Part shown: one piece after another, positions 11,359 to 21,019 of the stretch
Layout of the letters: each line of letters starts with the position of its first letter
Numbering within the stretch: the stretch's first letter is position 1
Source of the DNA: Candidatus Omnitrophota bacterium
GTDB lineage: Bacteria; Omnitrophota; Gorgyraeia; B26-G9
NCBI GenBank assembly: GCA_018895275.1
Contig: JAHIOQ010000051.1
Span: forward strand, 46,409 to 110,408
Direction: 5' to 3'
DNA length: 64,000 nucleotides
Made by a program: the position numbers and the translations under genes
The notes under the pieces: model-generated
The model's input: only the letters and a program-made list of their open reading frames with translations
Told to the model about the DNA's origin: nothing
The model's database searches: none

Positions 11359-11530
11359 GGACGCAGATGAACGCAGATTTACAGGATTTTAAAATAATTC
11401 TTATGCAGAGCATATGCTGCATCTACAATTCTTTCAGCAATGGATTCCTCTTTTTCTGACAAGGGTTCAAAATTCATACCTGTGCCCGTAAGGGTATCTT
11501 TCCTTTGTGCCTTGGTGCCTTGGTGGCTAA
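11359..11530. mobile_element. Fused remnants of two convergent GxxExxY elements
   Basis: Plus-strand arm GGACGCAGATGAACGCAGATTTACAGGAT (reads MNADLQDFK); minus-strand arm GCCACCAAGGCACCAAGGCACAAAG followed by MNFEPLSEKEESIAERIVDAAYALHKN (GxxExxY-like N-terminus cut before the motif). Confidence 0.65.
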
Positions 11531-11653
11531 AATTTCTACAATTATCCGCCAAATTTTTATTTTTTCTCGCCATGAACATATTCTAGAAATCTCTATTTAT
11601 CTATCCTTATCATCTGAGCTATCAGCGATGAGACAGGAGACAGGAAGATCCAC

Positions 11654-13750
11654 TCAAGGCCTTAGCCGCCGCGGAAAAAGTTCTGCCGCCTTGTCCCGTG
11701 CCTTGCGCGCCTTGTCCTTAGAGCCCTTACGCTCGTAAAAGGCAGCAAGATTATAATATGCCTCAAAATAAGCCGGGTTTATTTCCACCGCCTTAAGATA
11801 GGCTTCTTCAGCCGCGTCATCCTGCCTCATATTTTCATAGATAATACCCAGGTGATTAAATACCGGCGCAAAATTCTCATTAAGCTCCTGTGCCTGTTTA
11901 AGCAGCCTTAACGCATCGTCAAAATCACCTTTTGTACCGTAAGCAGCGGCCAGATTTACCATTGTGCCCACGTCCTCATGGTCGATCGATAATGCCTGCC
12001 CGTAATACTGCATTGCCTCATCGGTCTTGCCCTGACGGGACAATGCCAGGCCGATATTCGTGTACGCGGCCGTATCCTGGGGGTCTTTGTCGATTACCTT
12101 TTGGAAATGCTTAATCGCCGCGTCAAAATTCCCCCGTTCAAGCTCAAGCACGGCTAAATTGTATAATGTATCCGGATTATTTTGATTCATGCGCCAGGCC
12201 TGTTCAAATGACTTTTTCGCCCGTGCATAATCGCCCTTATATTGAAATGCCGTACCCAGATTAAAAAACCAGCGGGATGTATCCTCATCAGCCACGCCGA
12301 ACAAGCGCGAATTACAATATATAAACATTAACAAGAAAACAGCCAGTGAAATAAAAAAGGCCTTATATTTTTTTTCTTTTAAAATACGGCACCACCACAA
12401 AAGCCCCGCACCCGCGAACATAATAAAATACGGCAATATCGGCGCGCGGTAGCGGCTGACGACAAAGAAGATGAGCATAAGCAGCAGATGCGCGGCAATA
12501 AATAAAATCAGCAGCATGATTCCCTTATCTCTTTTAAATGAAACCCCGATGCCGAGCAGCGCCAAGGGGCAAATTATGCCGAACGGAAACAAAATGAGCG
12601 GATGCGCAAAAACCAGCATCTGCAGCAGCGGCGACCATAACCGGAAAAAATAGATGCTTTGGTTTTCCGGAATTTCATAGCCGTTGAACAGGTAATAGAA
12701 TTTACGCATCAGCAGGCCTATAAAATGCATCGGTTGAGTAAAAACATATTCCCCTGTTTTTATCATCCAGTAATTGGAAACCTCGGAAGGCTGCATCTTT
12801 CTTCCGGTAGCGCGTTCTGCCGCTTTTATGGAAGAAACCCAGACATTATCCTCCCAGCCCTTATAAGAAAAATCCCGTGTCGGCGGCACCGCGCTCTTCC
12901 CGTCAGCCATAGGATTATTGCCGATATAAAGATTGATGCCGGCTGAGGAAGAAAGCAGGACAAAGTTTCCGCCTCCCAGATAATTACGTAAAGAAAAAGG
13001 CAGCACCGACAAAACAGTGCCCAGAAAAAGAAAAATCACCGACTGAAAGGCAATTTTATTAACGATTATCTTCAGCTTGCCTGCGAGTTTTTGTGGAGGC
13101 ACTGCCGTTTGCTCTTGTTTCTGCTCTTTTTCCAAGCTGAAGAAATATACCCAAACGCAAAGCATCGGAAAAAACATAATGATATTCACGCTGGTTTGCA
13201 GGCTAATGCCGAAGAGTACACCGCAGCTGGCCCATTTCCATAAGGCGGGTTTTTCCATGCAGCGCAAAAGCGCAAGCAGAAGAATAAGATTAAGGCAGAT
13301 TGTCAGGCCGACACTTAGAAACTCCGCGTCAAAATAGATCAAGACCCCGGAAAGGCTGCAGACAAGCGCAGCCCATGCGCCGATGCAACGGTTAAACACT
13401 TTTTTACCCAGCATATAGACCAGCACACAGTTAAAAGCTCCCATGATCATCTGCGCTACACGGGCAGCAACAAAGCCCTTACCTAAAAATTTAAAAAGTA
13501 ACGCCAGAAAATAAATATAGAGCGGAACCCTTGGCATAACAACCCCTTTAACAAACCAGTCCCCCGCAGAAAGACGTAAAGCCCCACCATAGTGAGAAAG
13601 AGCATCAATAATCGGGCTTGTAAAAAAAGGCGAGTTCCTGTATTGGTAAAGGTATACTAATCGTAAAAAAAACCCGACAAGAAAGATTCCCCAAACAAAG
13701 AATAGTTCTTTGAGCCGTAAATACTTTATTTCTTTTTTTTCCATATCCAT
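11654..13750 (-). CDS. GT-C (ArnT/PMT-like) membrane glycosyltransferase with C-terminal TPR repeats
   Basis: Multi-TM N-terminus (IIDALSH, PLYIYFLA, NLYIGNNP, SRYRAP) plus about six TPR motifs. Confidence 0.8.
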   Translation of the reverse strand: MDMEKKEIKYLRLKELFFVWGIFLVGFFLRLVYLYQYRNSPFFTSPIIDALSHYGGALRLSAGDWFVKGVVMPRVPLYIYFLALLFKFLGKGFVAARVAQMIMGAFNCVLVYMLGKKVFNRCIGAWAALVCSLSGVLIYFDAEFLSVGLTICLNLILLLALLRCMEKPALWKWASCGVLFGISLQTSVNIIMFFPMLCVWVYFFSLEKEQKQEQTAVPPQKLAGKLKIIVNKIAFQSVIFLFLGTVLSVLPFSLRNYLGGGNFVLLSSSAGINLYIGNNPMADGKSAVPPTRDFSYKGWEDNVWVSSIKAAERATGRKMQPSEVSNYWMIKTGEYVFTQPMHFIGLLMRKFYYLFNGYEIPENQSIYFFRLWSPLLQMLVFAHPLILFPFGIICPLALLGIGVSFKRDKGIMLLILFIAAHLLLMLIFFVVSRYRAPILPYFIMFAGAGLLWWCRILKEKKYKAFFISLAVFLLMFIYCNSRLFGVADEDTSRWFFNLGTAFQYKGDYARAKKSFEQAWRMNQNNPDTLYNLAVLELERGNFDAAIKHFQKVIDKDPQDTAAYTNIGLALSRQGKTDEAMQYYGQALSIDHEDVGTMVNLAAAYGTKGDFDDALRLLKQAQELNENFAPVFNHLGIIYENMRQDDAAEEAYLKAVEINPAYFEAYYNLAAFYERKGSKDKARKARDKAAELFPRRLRP

Positions 13751-15246
13751 AATTTTAGAGTGGGAAAAACAAGTTTATCAAAAATAGTACGCAAAACAAA
13801 CAAGGGCTTCTTAAATATAAACATATTATATTTACTGAAAAATTTAAACGGATTTCTTAAAATTAATTTAAGATTATATGTCCAGTACCATTTTCGCCTT
13901 AAGTTTTCAAGAAAATTGCCGTCAAACTCCTCTGTCTGAAATTTGGACTTGAAGTAATCGAAACAGGTATCATCTTTATTGTCTTTGAAATAGCCTTTTT
14001 TTTTGCAGTAATCATATATTTCAGTTCCCGGCAAAGGATTCGCGATAAACAAGGAAACTCTATCCAGCCTGATCTTATCCATAAACTCCAGGGTACGATA
14101 AATCTGAGCCTTAGACTCTCCAGGAAAGCCGATCATAAAAAAACCATATGTATCAATCCCATAGTCCTTAATCAGTTTTACTGTTCTTACTATCTGCCGC
14201 AAATCTGTAGGCTTTTTCAGGACATCACGCAATATCTGTTCATCACCGCTTTCAACCGCAAGCGTTAGCTCATAACAACCGCTTTGTTTCATAAGGCTGA
14301 CCATTTCTTCATCAAGTGTCTGCGCGGCAATCCCATTGGGAGTATTCCAGCTAAAGTTAAATTCGCGTTCGATCATGCCGCGGAAAATATCTTTTGCCCT
14401 TTGAGAATCTAAAGTCAGGTTATCATCGAAAAATTTAAGTTCTCGAATACCAATGGATTTAAGGTGTTCCATTTCTTTGAGCACGCCCTTAACTGAACGC
14501 GGCCTGTAAGTTCTGCCCCAGAAATGACAGGAACTGCAGAAAGCGCATTGAAAAGGACAACCGCGGGAGGTAATCATATTCATTGCCGGAGACTGACGGC
14601 TAATCAGCCCCATGGGTAGCCCAATACGAAAATATTTTTCTAAAGGAAGCAAATCTCTTGCCGGCATTGGAATTGAATCAATATCTTCAATTAAGCGCGC
14701 CCGGGGGTTTATCCTCACCTTTTCGTTATCTCGGAAAGCAATCCCGTCTATAAGGCTAAAATCATCGCCCGATGAAATAGAATCCATAAGTAATTTAAAA
14801 GGCTTCTCACCTTCCCCGAGCACGACAAAATCAATGTTTTGATCGTTTAAGCACTCATGCGGTAAAAAGGTGGGATGCGTGCCGCCGATAACAGTGATGA
14901 TATCCTTTGATACTGATTTTGCAGCTTCGCATATCTGCGCTACCACGGAAAACTGGCTGGAGTAAAGACAAGAAATCCCGACTGCGCCCGGATCAAATCT
15001 GCTTATATGATTTTTGATCTGTTCTATGGACAGTCCGTAGCAAAGAAATTCCCCCTTTATCTTCCTTTCTGAATTATAGCCTTCTACAGCAGCATCAAGC
15101 AGCCGTACATCATAATCATTGCGTAAAAAAGCGCCAAGATACGTTATCCCCAAAGGCGGCATTATCTGCTTTGGGCTTTCCGAGGAAAAAACCACGGGAG
15201 GAAAAATCAGAAGAATTTTTTTTATATCCCGGCTCGAGATTATCAT
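13726..15246 (-). CDS. B12-binding domain radical SAM protein
   Basis: PPLGITYL, IGGTHPT, VLGEGE, TSRGCPFQCAFC, AVESG. Confidence 0.92.
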   Translation of the reverse strand: MIISSRDIKKILLIFPPVVFSSESPKQIMPPLGITYLGAFLRNDYDVRLLDAAVEGYNSERKIKGEFLCYGLSIEQIKNHISRFDPGAVGISCLYSSQFSVVAQICEAAKSVSKDIITVIGGTHPTFLPHECLNDQNIDFVVLGEGEKPFKLLMDSISSGDDFSLIDGIAFRDNEKVRINPRARLIEDIDSIPMPARDLLPLEKYFRIGLPMGLISRQSPAMNMITSRGCPFQCAFCSSCHFWGRTYRPRSVKGVLKEMEHLKSIGIRELKFFDDNLTLDSQRAKDIFRGMIEREFNFSWNTPNGIAAQTLDEEMVSLMKQSGCYELTLAVESGDEQILRDVLKKPTDLRQIVRTVKLIKDYGIDTYGFFMIGFPGESKAQIYRTLEFMDKIRLDRVSLFIANPLPGTEIYDYCKKKGYFKDNKDDTCFDYFKSKFQTEEFDGNFLENLRRKWYWTYNLKLILRNPFKFFSKYNMFIFKKPLFVLRTIFDKLVFPTLKLWIWKKKK

Positions 15247-16745
15247 TGTTTTATAATTCTGTTAATATCCGCAAGCGTGGTCCGTATTGTCATAACCGGA
15301 TGCGTGACAATCATCGTAAAAAACTTTTTAAAAAAACGGATGGGATGACGAAATAACAGCGTCAACAGATAAAGATTAAATTGCGACAACACCAGCTTTT
15401 CGACCTCACGGGAACTCATGTCTTCAGTTTCTATATTAGCATAATCAAATGCGATATCCTCAAAGGAAAAATCTTCCTTCAAGAAGCCCTTCTTTTTACA
15501 AATCTCGTATAGTTCAGAACCAGGCACAGGATTGGCAATGAAAAACCATGCGCAATCAAGGTCTTGTTTCTTAGCAAAGTCAAACGTATTCAATATATGT
15601 TCTTTTTTTTCCCCGGGCAACCCCGCGATAAAATATCCATTAACCTGTATTTCTAATTTTTTCATTTTTTCTGCCATAGAGCTTGCGTGTTTTAGATTTA
15701 ACGGTTTTTTAATTATTTTATCCAAGACTTCCTGGTTTCCGCTTTCAAAAGGAATGTTTACCTCATAACATCCGCTTGCCTTCATAAGTTCAAGCATCTC
15801 CTCGTCGATTGTCCACATCGCGATTCCGCTCGGCGCCGACCAATAAACCTTAAACCTGCGGTCTATAATTCCCTGAAAAATCTGCCGAGCCCGTTTTTTA
15901 TCAAGCGTTAAATTATCATCGACAAACTGTATCTCTTTTATTCCGTATTGCTTAACCAAAACCTCGATCTCATCCAAAACATTCTTCGCCGAACGACCTC
16001 GATAAATATTACCCCAGTAATTATTTGTTGCACAAAAAATACATTTTGACGTACAACCACGGCTTGTCAGGACAGAAGCATTCTTCCGGCTTTTAAAGGT
16101 GATGCTAAAAGGCACGCCTTTTTTTTCGTAAAACTTTAACGGAAGCAGGTCAATTGCCGGAAACGGCAGGACATCAAGATCTTTAATAAATTTTGTCTTC
16201 GGATTAATCGCAAAAGAACCATTTTTGCGAAAAGCCAGCCCGTCAATATCTGTATAATTTTGGCCTGTATCTATCTTCTGCAGCAATAGTTTAAATGAAT
16301 CTTCCCCTTCCCCTAAAATAATGAAATCAATATCACCATTCTTAGACATCGTCTCCTCTGCTAAAAATGTAGGGTGAGTGCCTCCGAGAACTGTTATGAT
16401 TTTTTGGTCATTTTTTTTAATAAGCCTGCAAAGCTTACTGATTTCTGGAAAATGAAAAGAAGACAAACAGCTAATACCAACAACGTCCGGTCCGTAAGCT
16501 GTGATTTTTCGAATAATTTCTTCTAAGGTATAGCCGTAATAGTCCCATTTGCTCTTCCGGGAAGTAATCGTTTGAAACTTTGCTCTGCCGTCTATAATCC
16601 GCACATCAAAATCATTCCGAATAACCGCCGCAAGGTAGGCCAGCCCTAATGGCGATTCGCAGTGTTGAAAATGGCCTCTGAGGACTTTCCCCGGCGGATA
16701 CATGAGCAAAACATTTTTTATTTTCTTTTTAATCAGCCCCGGCAT
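15243..16745 (-). CDS. B12-binding domain radical SAM protein
   Basis: PLGLAYLAA, LGGTHPT, ILGEGE, TSRGCTSKCIFC; paralog of the adjacent gene. Confidence 0.92.
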   Translation of the reverse strand: MPGLIKKKIKNVLLMYPPGKVLRGHFQHCESPLGLAYLAAVIRNDFDVRIIDGRAKFQTITSRKSKWDYYGYTLEEIIRKITAYGPDVVGISCLSSFHFPEISKLCRLIKKNDQKIITVLGGTHPTFLAEETMSKNGDIDFIILGEGEDSFKLLLQKIDTGQNYTDIDGLAFRKNGSFAINPKTKFIKDLDVLPFPAIDLLPLKFYEKKGVPFSITFKSRKNASVLTSRGCTSKCIFCATNNYWGNIYRGRSAKNVLDEIEVLVKQYGIKEIQFVDDNLTLDKKRARQIFQGIIDRRFKVYWSAPSGIAMWTIDEEMLELMKASGCYEVNIPFESGNQEVLDKIIKKPLNLKHASSMAEKMKKLEIQVNGYFIAGLPGEKKEHILNTFDFAKKQDLDCAWFFIANPVPGSELYEICKKKGFLKEDFSFEDIAFDYANIETEDMSSREVEKLVLSQFNLYLLTLLFRHPIRFFKKFFTMIVTHPVMTIRTTLADINRIIKQ

Positions 16746-16803
16746 AAGATTTTCCTTTTAAAACCGCTCAATTTAATTTTAAAGGCGCTCAACAAAAAAT
16801 AAT

Positions 16804-17847
16804 TTATGCTCCCTTAAAAAGATGCGCGTATTCTTCCCTGAATTTTTTGTCATTTAAAGGACATTCATTCCATTCTTTTCTTTTTTTTATCATTTCCGAA
16901 TCCCACATGCGTTTCAGGATTGCCGGCAAAGGCTCCTGCCGCACATTGCCGAAAGGCACGGGCATAAAACAGCACGGTTGAACATCTCCGTAAGCGGAAA
17001 CATAAAACCACATTCTTTTAAACGCGCTGCAAAGAAAGGGGATATTCTCATCATCAATATATTTTATTTCCCAGAATACCTTGTTATGCTTCAGCTTCTG
17101 CCGTAACAACTTCATCTCTTTTTCTCCCAGCATCACATCATCCCGCTGCGTAAATCTTCCGCTGCGTATCGGCGAAAGGACTCTCAAACACACCCCCAAC
17201 TCGCCGGCTAAAGCGATTAGCCGGTCTAAAGACCCATCCTGCAAAGATTTTTTCACGGCATAAGTAGAGATATACGCTTCTATATTCCTATCCCGGCAAT
17301 GAGATATCCCCTGAACCGCCTTCTCGAAAAGCCCGTTCACTCCGCGTAAACCATCGTGGATATCCCCGGAAGCGCTGTCAATGCTCACGCCGACAAAGTC
17401 TATGCCGCTTTTTTTTAAACGGGAAACATTCTCCTCATTAAGCAAAAAACCATTGGTATCAATGCGGGTTATCATCCCCTTTTCCCTCGCGTAGGAAATT
17501 ATATCAAAAATATGTCCGGCAAGCAGCGGCTCTCCGCCGAGAAAATGAATTTCACTTACACCCATACTCACTGCTTCATCTATAACCCGGATAATTTCCT
17601 CGCGGGTCAATTCCTGTTTAGAATCATCCTTTCTGTATGAGGCATAACAATGCGCGCATTTGCACTGGCAATTATAATTCAAGGCAATCATCATCGTAGA
17701 GTCAAACAAAAATACAACTGCCGGGAAATAACGCGCGATTATTTTATAATAGGCGTAGAGCAGAAACTTCACCGCCCGGTTGTGATAAAAAGGAATTACA
17801 AACGAACGTTTTAAACGATTAAACAGTCTTAAAAGCATTAATTTCAA
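16804..17847 (-). CDS. Radical SAM protein with SPASM/twitch domain
   Basis: CQCKCAHC, GGEPLL, DTNG, VSIDS, GDVQPCC, FGNV. Confidence 0.9.
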   Translation of the reverse strand: MKLMLLRLFNRLKRSFVIPFYHNRAVKFLLYAYYKIIARYFPAVVFLFDSTMMIALNYNCQCKCAHCYASYRKDDSKQELTREEIIRVIDEAVSMGVSEIHFLGGEPLLAGHIFDIISYAREKGMITRIDTNGFLLNEENVSRLKKSGIDFVGVSIDSASGDIHDGLRGVNGLFEKAVQGISHCRDRNIEAYISTYAVKKSLQDGSLDRLIALAGELGVCLRVLSPIRSGRFTQRDDVMLGEKEMKLLRQKLKHNKVFWEIKYIDDENIPFLCSAFKRMWFYVSAYGDVQPCCFMPVPFGNVRQEPLPAILKRMWDSEMIKKRKEWNECPLNDKKFREEYAHLFKGA

Positions 17848-17895
17848 TTTTAATCCGCCTTACTACGGAAAGATCCAAATTTCAAAATATAAAAT

Positions 17896-17954
17896 AGTAT
17901 AACATAAAAGCCGATACAGCACAATTTGACATAAAAATCCGGCTGTGTTACATT
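17896..17954. promoter_or_regulatory. Back-to-back sigma70-type promoters
   Basis: Plus: TTGACA(17926)-17-TACATT(17949) with extended TG; minus: TTGTGC-17-TATACT with extended TG. Confidence 0.6.
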
Positions 17955-17962
17955 AAATCTCT

Positions 17963-19381
17963 ATGAATATAGCACTCATTCGACCTCCCAAAATCAGCGG
18001 CGCCTTTGAGAAGATATTGATTCAGGAGCCGGTCAATATTGCCTATCTGGCCGCTTTCCTCAAGGCAAAGGGGTATCAGGTCTGCATCTGGGACTTTGAG
18101 GTCGAGCCGTTTACCGAGAGCGCGGTGCGGGAAAAAATCTCCCGGTTTTCAGCGGATGTTGCCGCGATAACCGCGATGACTCCGACGATAAATAACGCGC
18201 ACGAAACAGCGCTAATGCTTAAGAAAATCAAACCCTCAATAGTTATCGTTGCCGGAGGCGCGCATGTATCGGCTTTACCGGAAGAAACTTTGCGCGACTT
18301 TCCCGCGTTTGATTATGTTGTCGCCGGCGAGGGAGAAATTCCCCTGGCTGAGCTTTGCCGGAAAGTCGCGAAAAAACAGGCCCCCTCGGAGGTTCCCTGC
18401 GTTGCCTGGCGAAATAACGGGACAATAACCTTAAACAAACCGGGCTTGCCGATAGAAGACCTGGACTCCATCCCCTTTCCACAGCGCAGCCTTTTTAATC
18501 CGCTGCTCTATAAGAACGCCTATGCCGCGGGGATTTCCATGTACGGAAAACGCTCCACGGTTGTATTTACTTCCCGCGGCTGTGCGCAGGATTGCACCTT
18601 TTGCGCCGTGAAAAAGACATCCGGGCCCCGCGTAAGATTCCGCAGCGCGGAGAATGTGATTAAGGAGCTCACCGAATGCCGCGACATATTCGGATATAAT
18701 CACATTACATTTGAGGATACAAACCTCACCCTTAACCGCGAACGCTTCCTTAATATATGCGCAGGCCTGCGCAAACTAAAACTTACCTGGGACTGCCAGA
18801 CAAAGGTGAGCCTTGTTGATAAAGAATTAATCGATATAATGAAGGCCGGCGGCTGTTTGAAGATCGCTTACGGCGTAGAATCAGGAAGCCCGAAAATGCT
18901 CGCTTTAATGAAGAAAAACATAACCCCGGAACAAATCCGACGCGCGTTTCAACTCACGCATCAGGCCGGGATTGTCGCCTGCGGTTTTTTTATCCTCGGC
19001 ACGCACCCGGAAGAAACGAACGATGATGTGCGGCAAACAGAAGCCCTGATTCATGAAATCAAGCCCGATGTGTTTCAACTGGGGATTATTTGCCCTTATC
19101 CGGGTACCGAGATATATTCGATCATGAAAAAAGAAGGGCTTCTTCCGCAGGCCGACTGGAAAAAGTTCAACTTCATGCACAGCCGTCCGCAATGGGGAAC
19201 AAAACATCTTAGCCCTGCCGCGCTTGTGTCCTGGCAAAAAAAGATTTATATGCGTTATATCTTAACACCGCATTTCATTCTATTCGTATTCAGGAAAATG
19301 CTCAATCCGCGCGAAATCCCGCAGACAATCCGATTAGGCCTGTCCCTGCTCAAATACCTTCTCCTTGAAAAACGCGGCTGA
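17963..19381 (+). CDS. B12-binding domain radical SAM protein
   Basis: AGGAHVS, VAGEGE, TSRGCAQDCTFC, YGVESG. Confidence 0.92.
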   Translation: MNIALIRPPKISGAFEKILIQEPVNIAYLAAFLKAKGYQVCIWDFEVEPFTESAVREKISRFSADVAAITAMTPTINNAHETALMLKKIKPSIVIVAGGAHVSALPEETLRDFPAFDYVVAGEGEIPLAELCRKVAKKQAPSEVPCVAWRNNGTITLNKPGLPIEDLDSIPFPQRSLFNPLLYKNAYAAGISMYGKRSTVVFTSRGCAQDCTFCAVKKTSGPRVRFRSAENVIKELTECRDIFGYNHITFEDTNLTLNRERFLNICAGLRKLKLTWDCQTKVSLVDKELIDIMKAGGCLKIAYGVESGSPKMLALMKKNITPEQIRRAFQLTHQAGIVACGFFILGTHPEETNDDVRQTEALIHEIKPDVFQLGIICPYPGTEIYSIMKKEGLLPQADWKKFNFMHSRPQWGTKHLSPAALVSWQKKIYMRYILTPHFILFVFRKMLNPREIPQTIRLGLSLLKYLLLEKRG

Positions 19382-20114
19382 GAACGGCCCTGTACTGCTT
19401 CGCGATGAACCCCGGATATTCAAATATCGTGCGGAATATCTTCATTTTGCTCTTTCCCGAACGCAGGTCAAAGCGCAGGGAGACCGGCACTTCCGATACC
19501 TGCGGGGCAAAAACGCGCAGTTTCACGAGAATCTCCGCCATGCAGGAAAACCCCGCCTGCTCAACAAAATTCCCGCCGAAAACCGACAATGCCTTTTTTA
19601 CGAGCCCTACCCGATAGGCACGGAAAAACGTCGTGTAATCCCGCGCGCCTTTTAACGGAAAACAAACACGAAGCAGGCCGTTAATCGAATCGCTGAAAAC
19701 CAGCCGCAGAAACGGCAATTTCACAGCCTCGCTCTTTTCATGATAACGCGAAGCGATAACGATATCGCTGCCGCCTTCCACGGCCTTGATCATCGCCGGA
19801 AACGTATCCGCGGGATGCGTGCGGTCGCAATCCAGGGAAATGAGGATATCCTCATCCGCGGCCTCTGAGCAAACAGCCTTAAACCCGGCCTTAAAAACAT
19901 TTCCCACGCCGCGGTTCGTTTTAAAATCAATAACTTCCAGAGGCAAACGCCCGTGCCATTTCCCTAAAATATCTCCGGTCGCGTCGGTGCTGCCGTCGTT
20001 AACCACGTAAACCTTAAACGGCTTTTTTAATCCGGACAAAACTTCATTTATACGGACAAGCACCGCGGTAATGTTTTTTTCTTCGTTATAGGCCGGTAAT
20101 AAAACAAATATCAT
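19350..20114 (-). CDS. GT2 polyprenol-phosphate glycosyltransferase (DPM1-like)
   Basis: LPAYNEE, VNDGSTD, LDCD, IASRY, R..GKSKM. Confidence 0.88.
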   Translation of the reverse strand: MIFVLLPAYNEEKNITAVLVRINEVLSGLKKPFKVYVVNDGSTDATGDILGKWHGRLPLEVIDFKTNRGVGNVFKAGFKAVCSEAADEDILISLDCDRTHPADTFPAMIKAVEGGSDIVIASRYHEKSEAVKLPFLRLVFSDSINGLLRVCFPLKGARDYTTFFRAYRVGLVKKALSVFGGNFVEQAGFSCMAEILVKLRVFAPQVSEVPVSLRFDLRSGKSKMKIFRTIFEYPGFIAKQYRAVLSRVFQGEGI

Positions 20115-21019
20115 GTTCCCTCTTTTATTTTTTCCACGAGCATCTGCGTGGTCAGAAGCTCATACGTTTGACACATCTTTTTAAGCATCATTTCACAGCG
20201 GCGCTCCCTTTCGGCTAAACTGCCGAAAAAAGGAATTTTAACCTTGTGTTTTTTAAGATCAACCAAATCTATGCCGTGAAACAGATAGGATAGCATTATA
20301 TTTCTTTTTTCAAGCGAGCGCAACCCGTAATCGAATAAAGGCATTCCGAATATAAACACATACGTGCTGTGCATCGGCAGCCGCCAACGGGGAAGAACGC
20401 TTATCCCTACCTCGTACAGCGCTGCCTTTCCGGCAGAGGCCGGGTCCAGTTCATCCGGGGTATATACGCCTAACGGAGCACGTCCGAAGCAAACACCGCC
20501 GCCCTGCATTCTCACCGGTTTTTTTTGCAAAAGCGAATGCAACAAGTTAATAATCGCCGGCATATACGCGGACGGGATAACCGACGCATCATATAAATAC
20601 CCCATCTCCCGGAGAATACGCATAACCCGCGCATTGATACTAAACATCGGCGCGCGAAACCCCACCGGCCCCTTACCGGTCAATCCCTGCAGCTGCGCAT
20701 GCGCCTGCCGGATCTCTCTTTCCTGTTCCTTTACGCTAAGACTGCGGAAATGAAGCGGATGCGTCATGCTGTGATTGGCAATTTCATGCCCTTGCGCGAT
20801 TATTCGCCGCAGGATCCGCTGCCTCGCGGGTATAGCGGCATCCTTACCCACGACAAAAAAAGTCGCCTTTATCCCGCAGCGGCTGAACATCCCTAAAAAC
20901 CGTTCCAAGCCTTCCGCAAAAACCGGGTCATTTGCGTTATCCGCGGCAAACCGCTGACACGGCAGATAACGCTGATACGTCCACAAGGCATCAAGGTCAA
21001 CCTGTATTGTCCCGAACAT
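20111..21019 (-). CDS. Polysaccharide deacetylase (CE4)
   Basis: QVDLD, ATFFVVG, GHEIANHSMTH, GFRAP, YDAS. Confidence 0.88.
   Translation of the reverse strand: MFGTIQVDLDALWTYQRYLPCQRFAADNANDPVFAEGLERFLGMFSRCGIKATFFVVGKDAAIPARQRILRRIIAQGHEIANHSMTHPLHFRSLSVKEQEREIRQAHAQLQGLTGKGPVGFRAPMFSINARVMRILREMGYLYDASVIPSAYMPAIINLLHSLLQKKPVRMQGGGVCFGRAPLGVYTPDELDPASAGKAALYEVGISVLPRWRLPMHSTYVFIFGMPLFDYGLRSLEKRNIMLSYLFHGIDLVDLKKHKVKIPFFGSLAERERRCEMMLKKMCQTYELLTTQMLVEKIKEGT

Noticed and set aside
11379-11579. 66-aa ORF as a real protein
   Set aside because: Chimera of repeat-arm translation (SHQGTKAQR) and a truncated GxxExxY N-terminus
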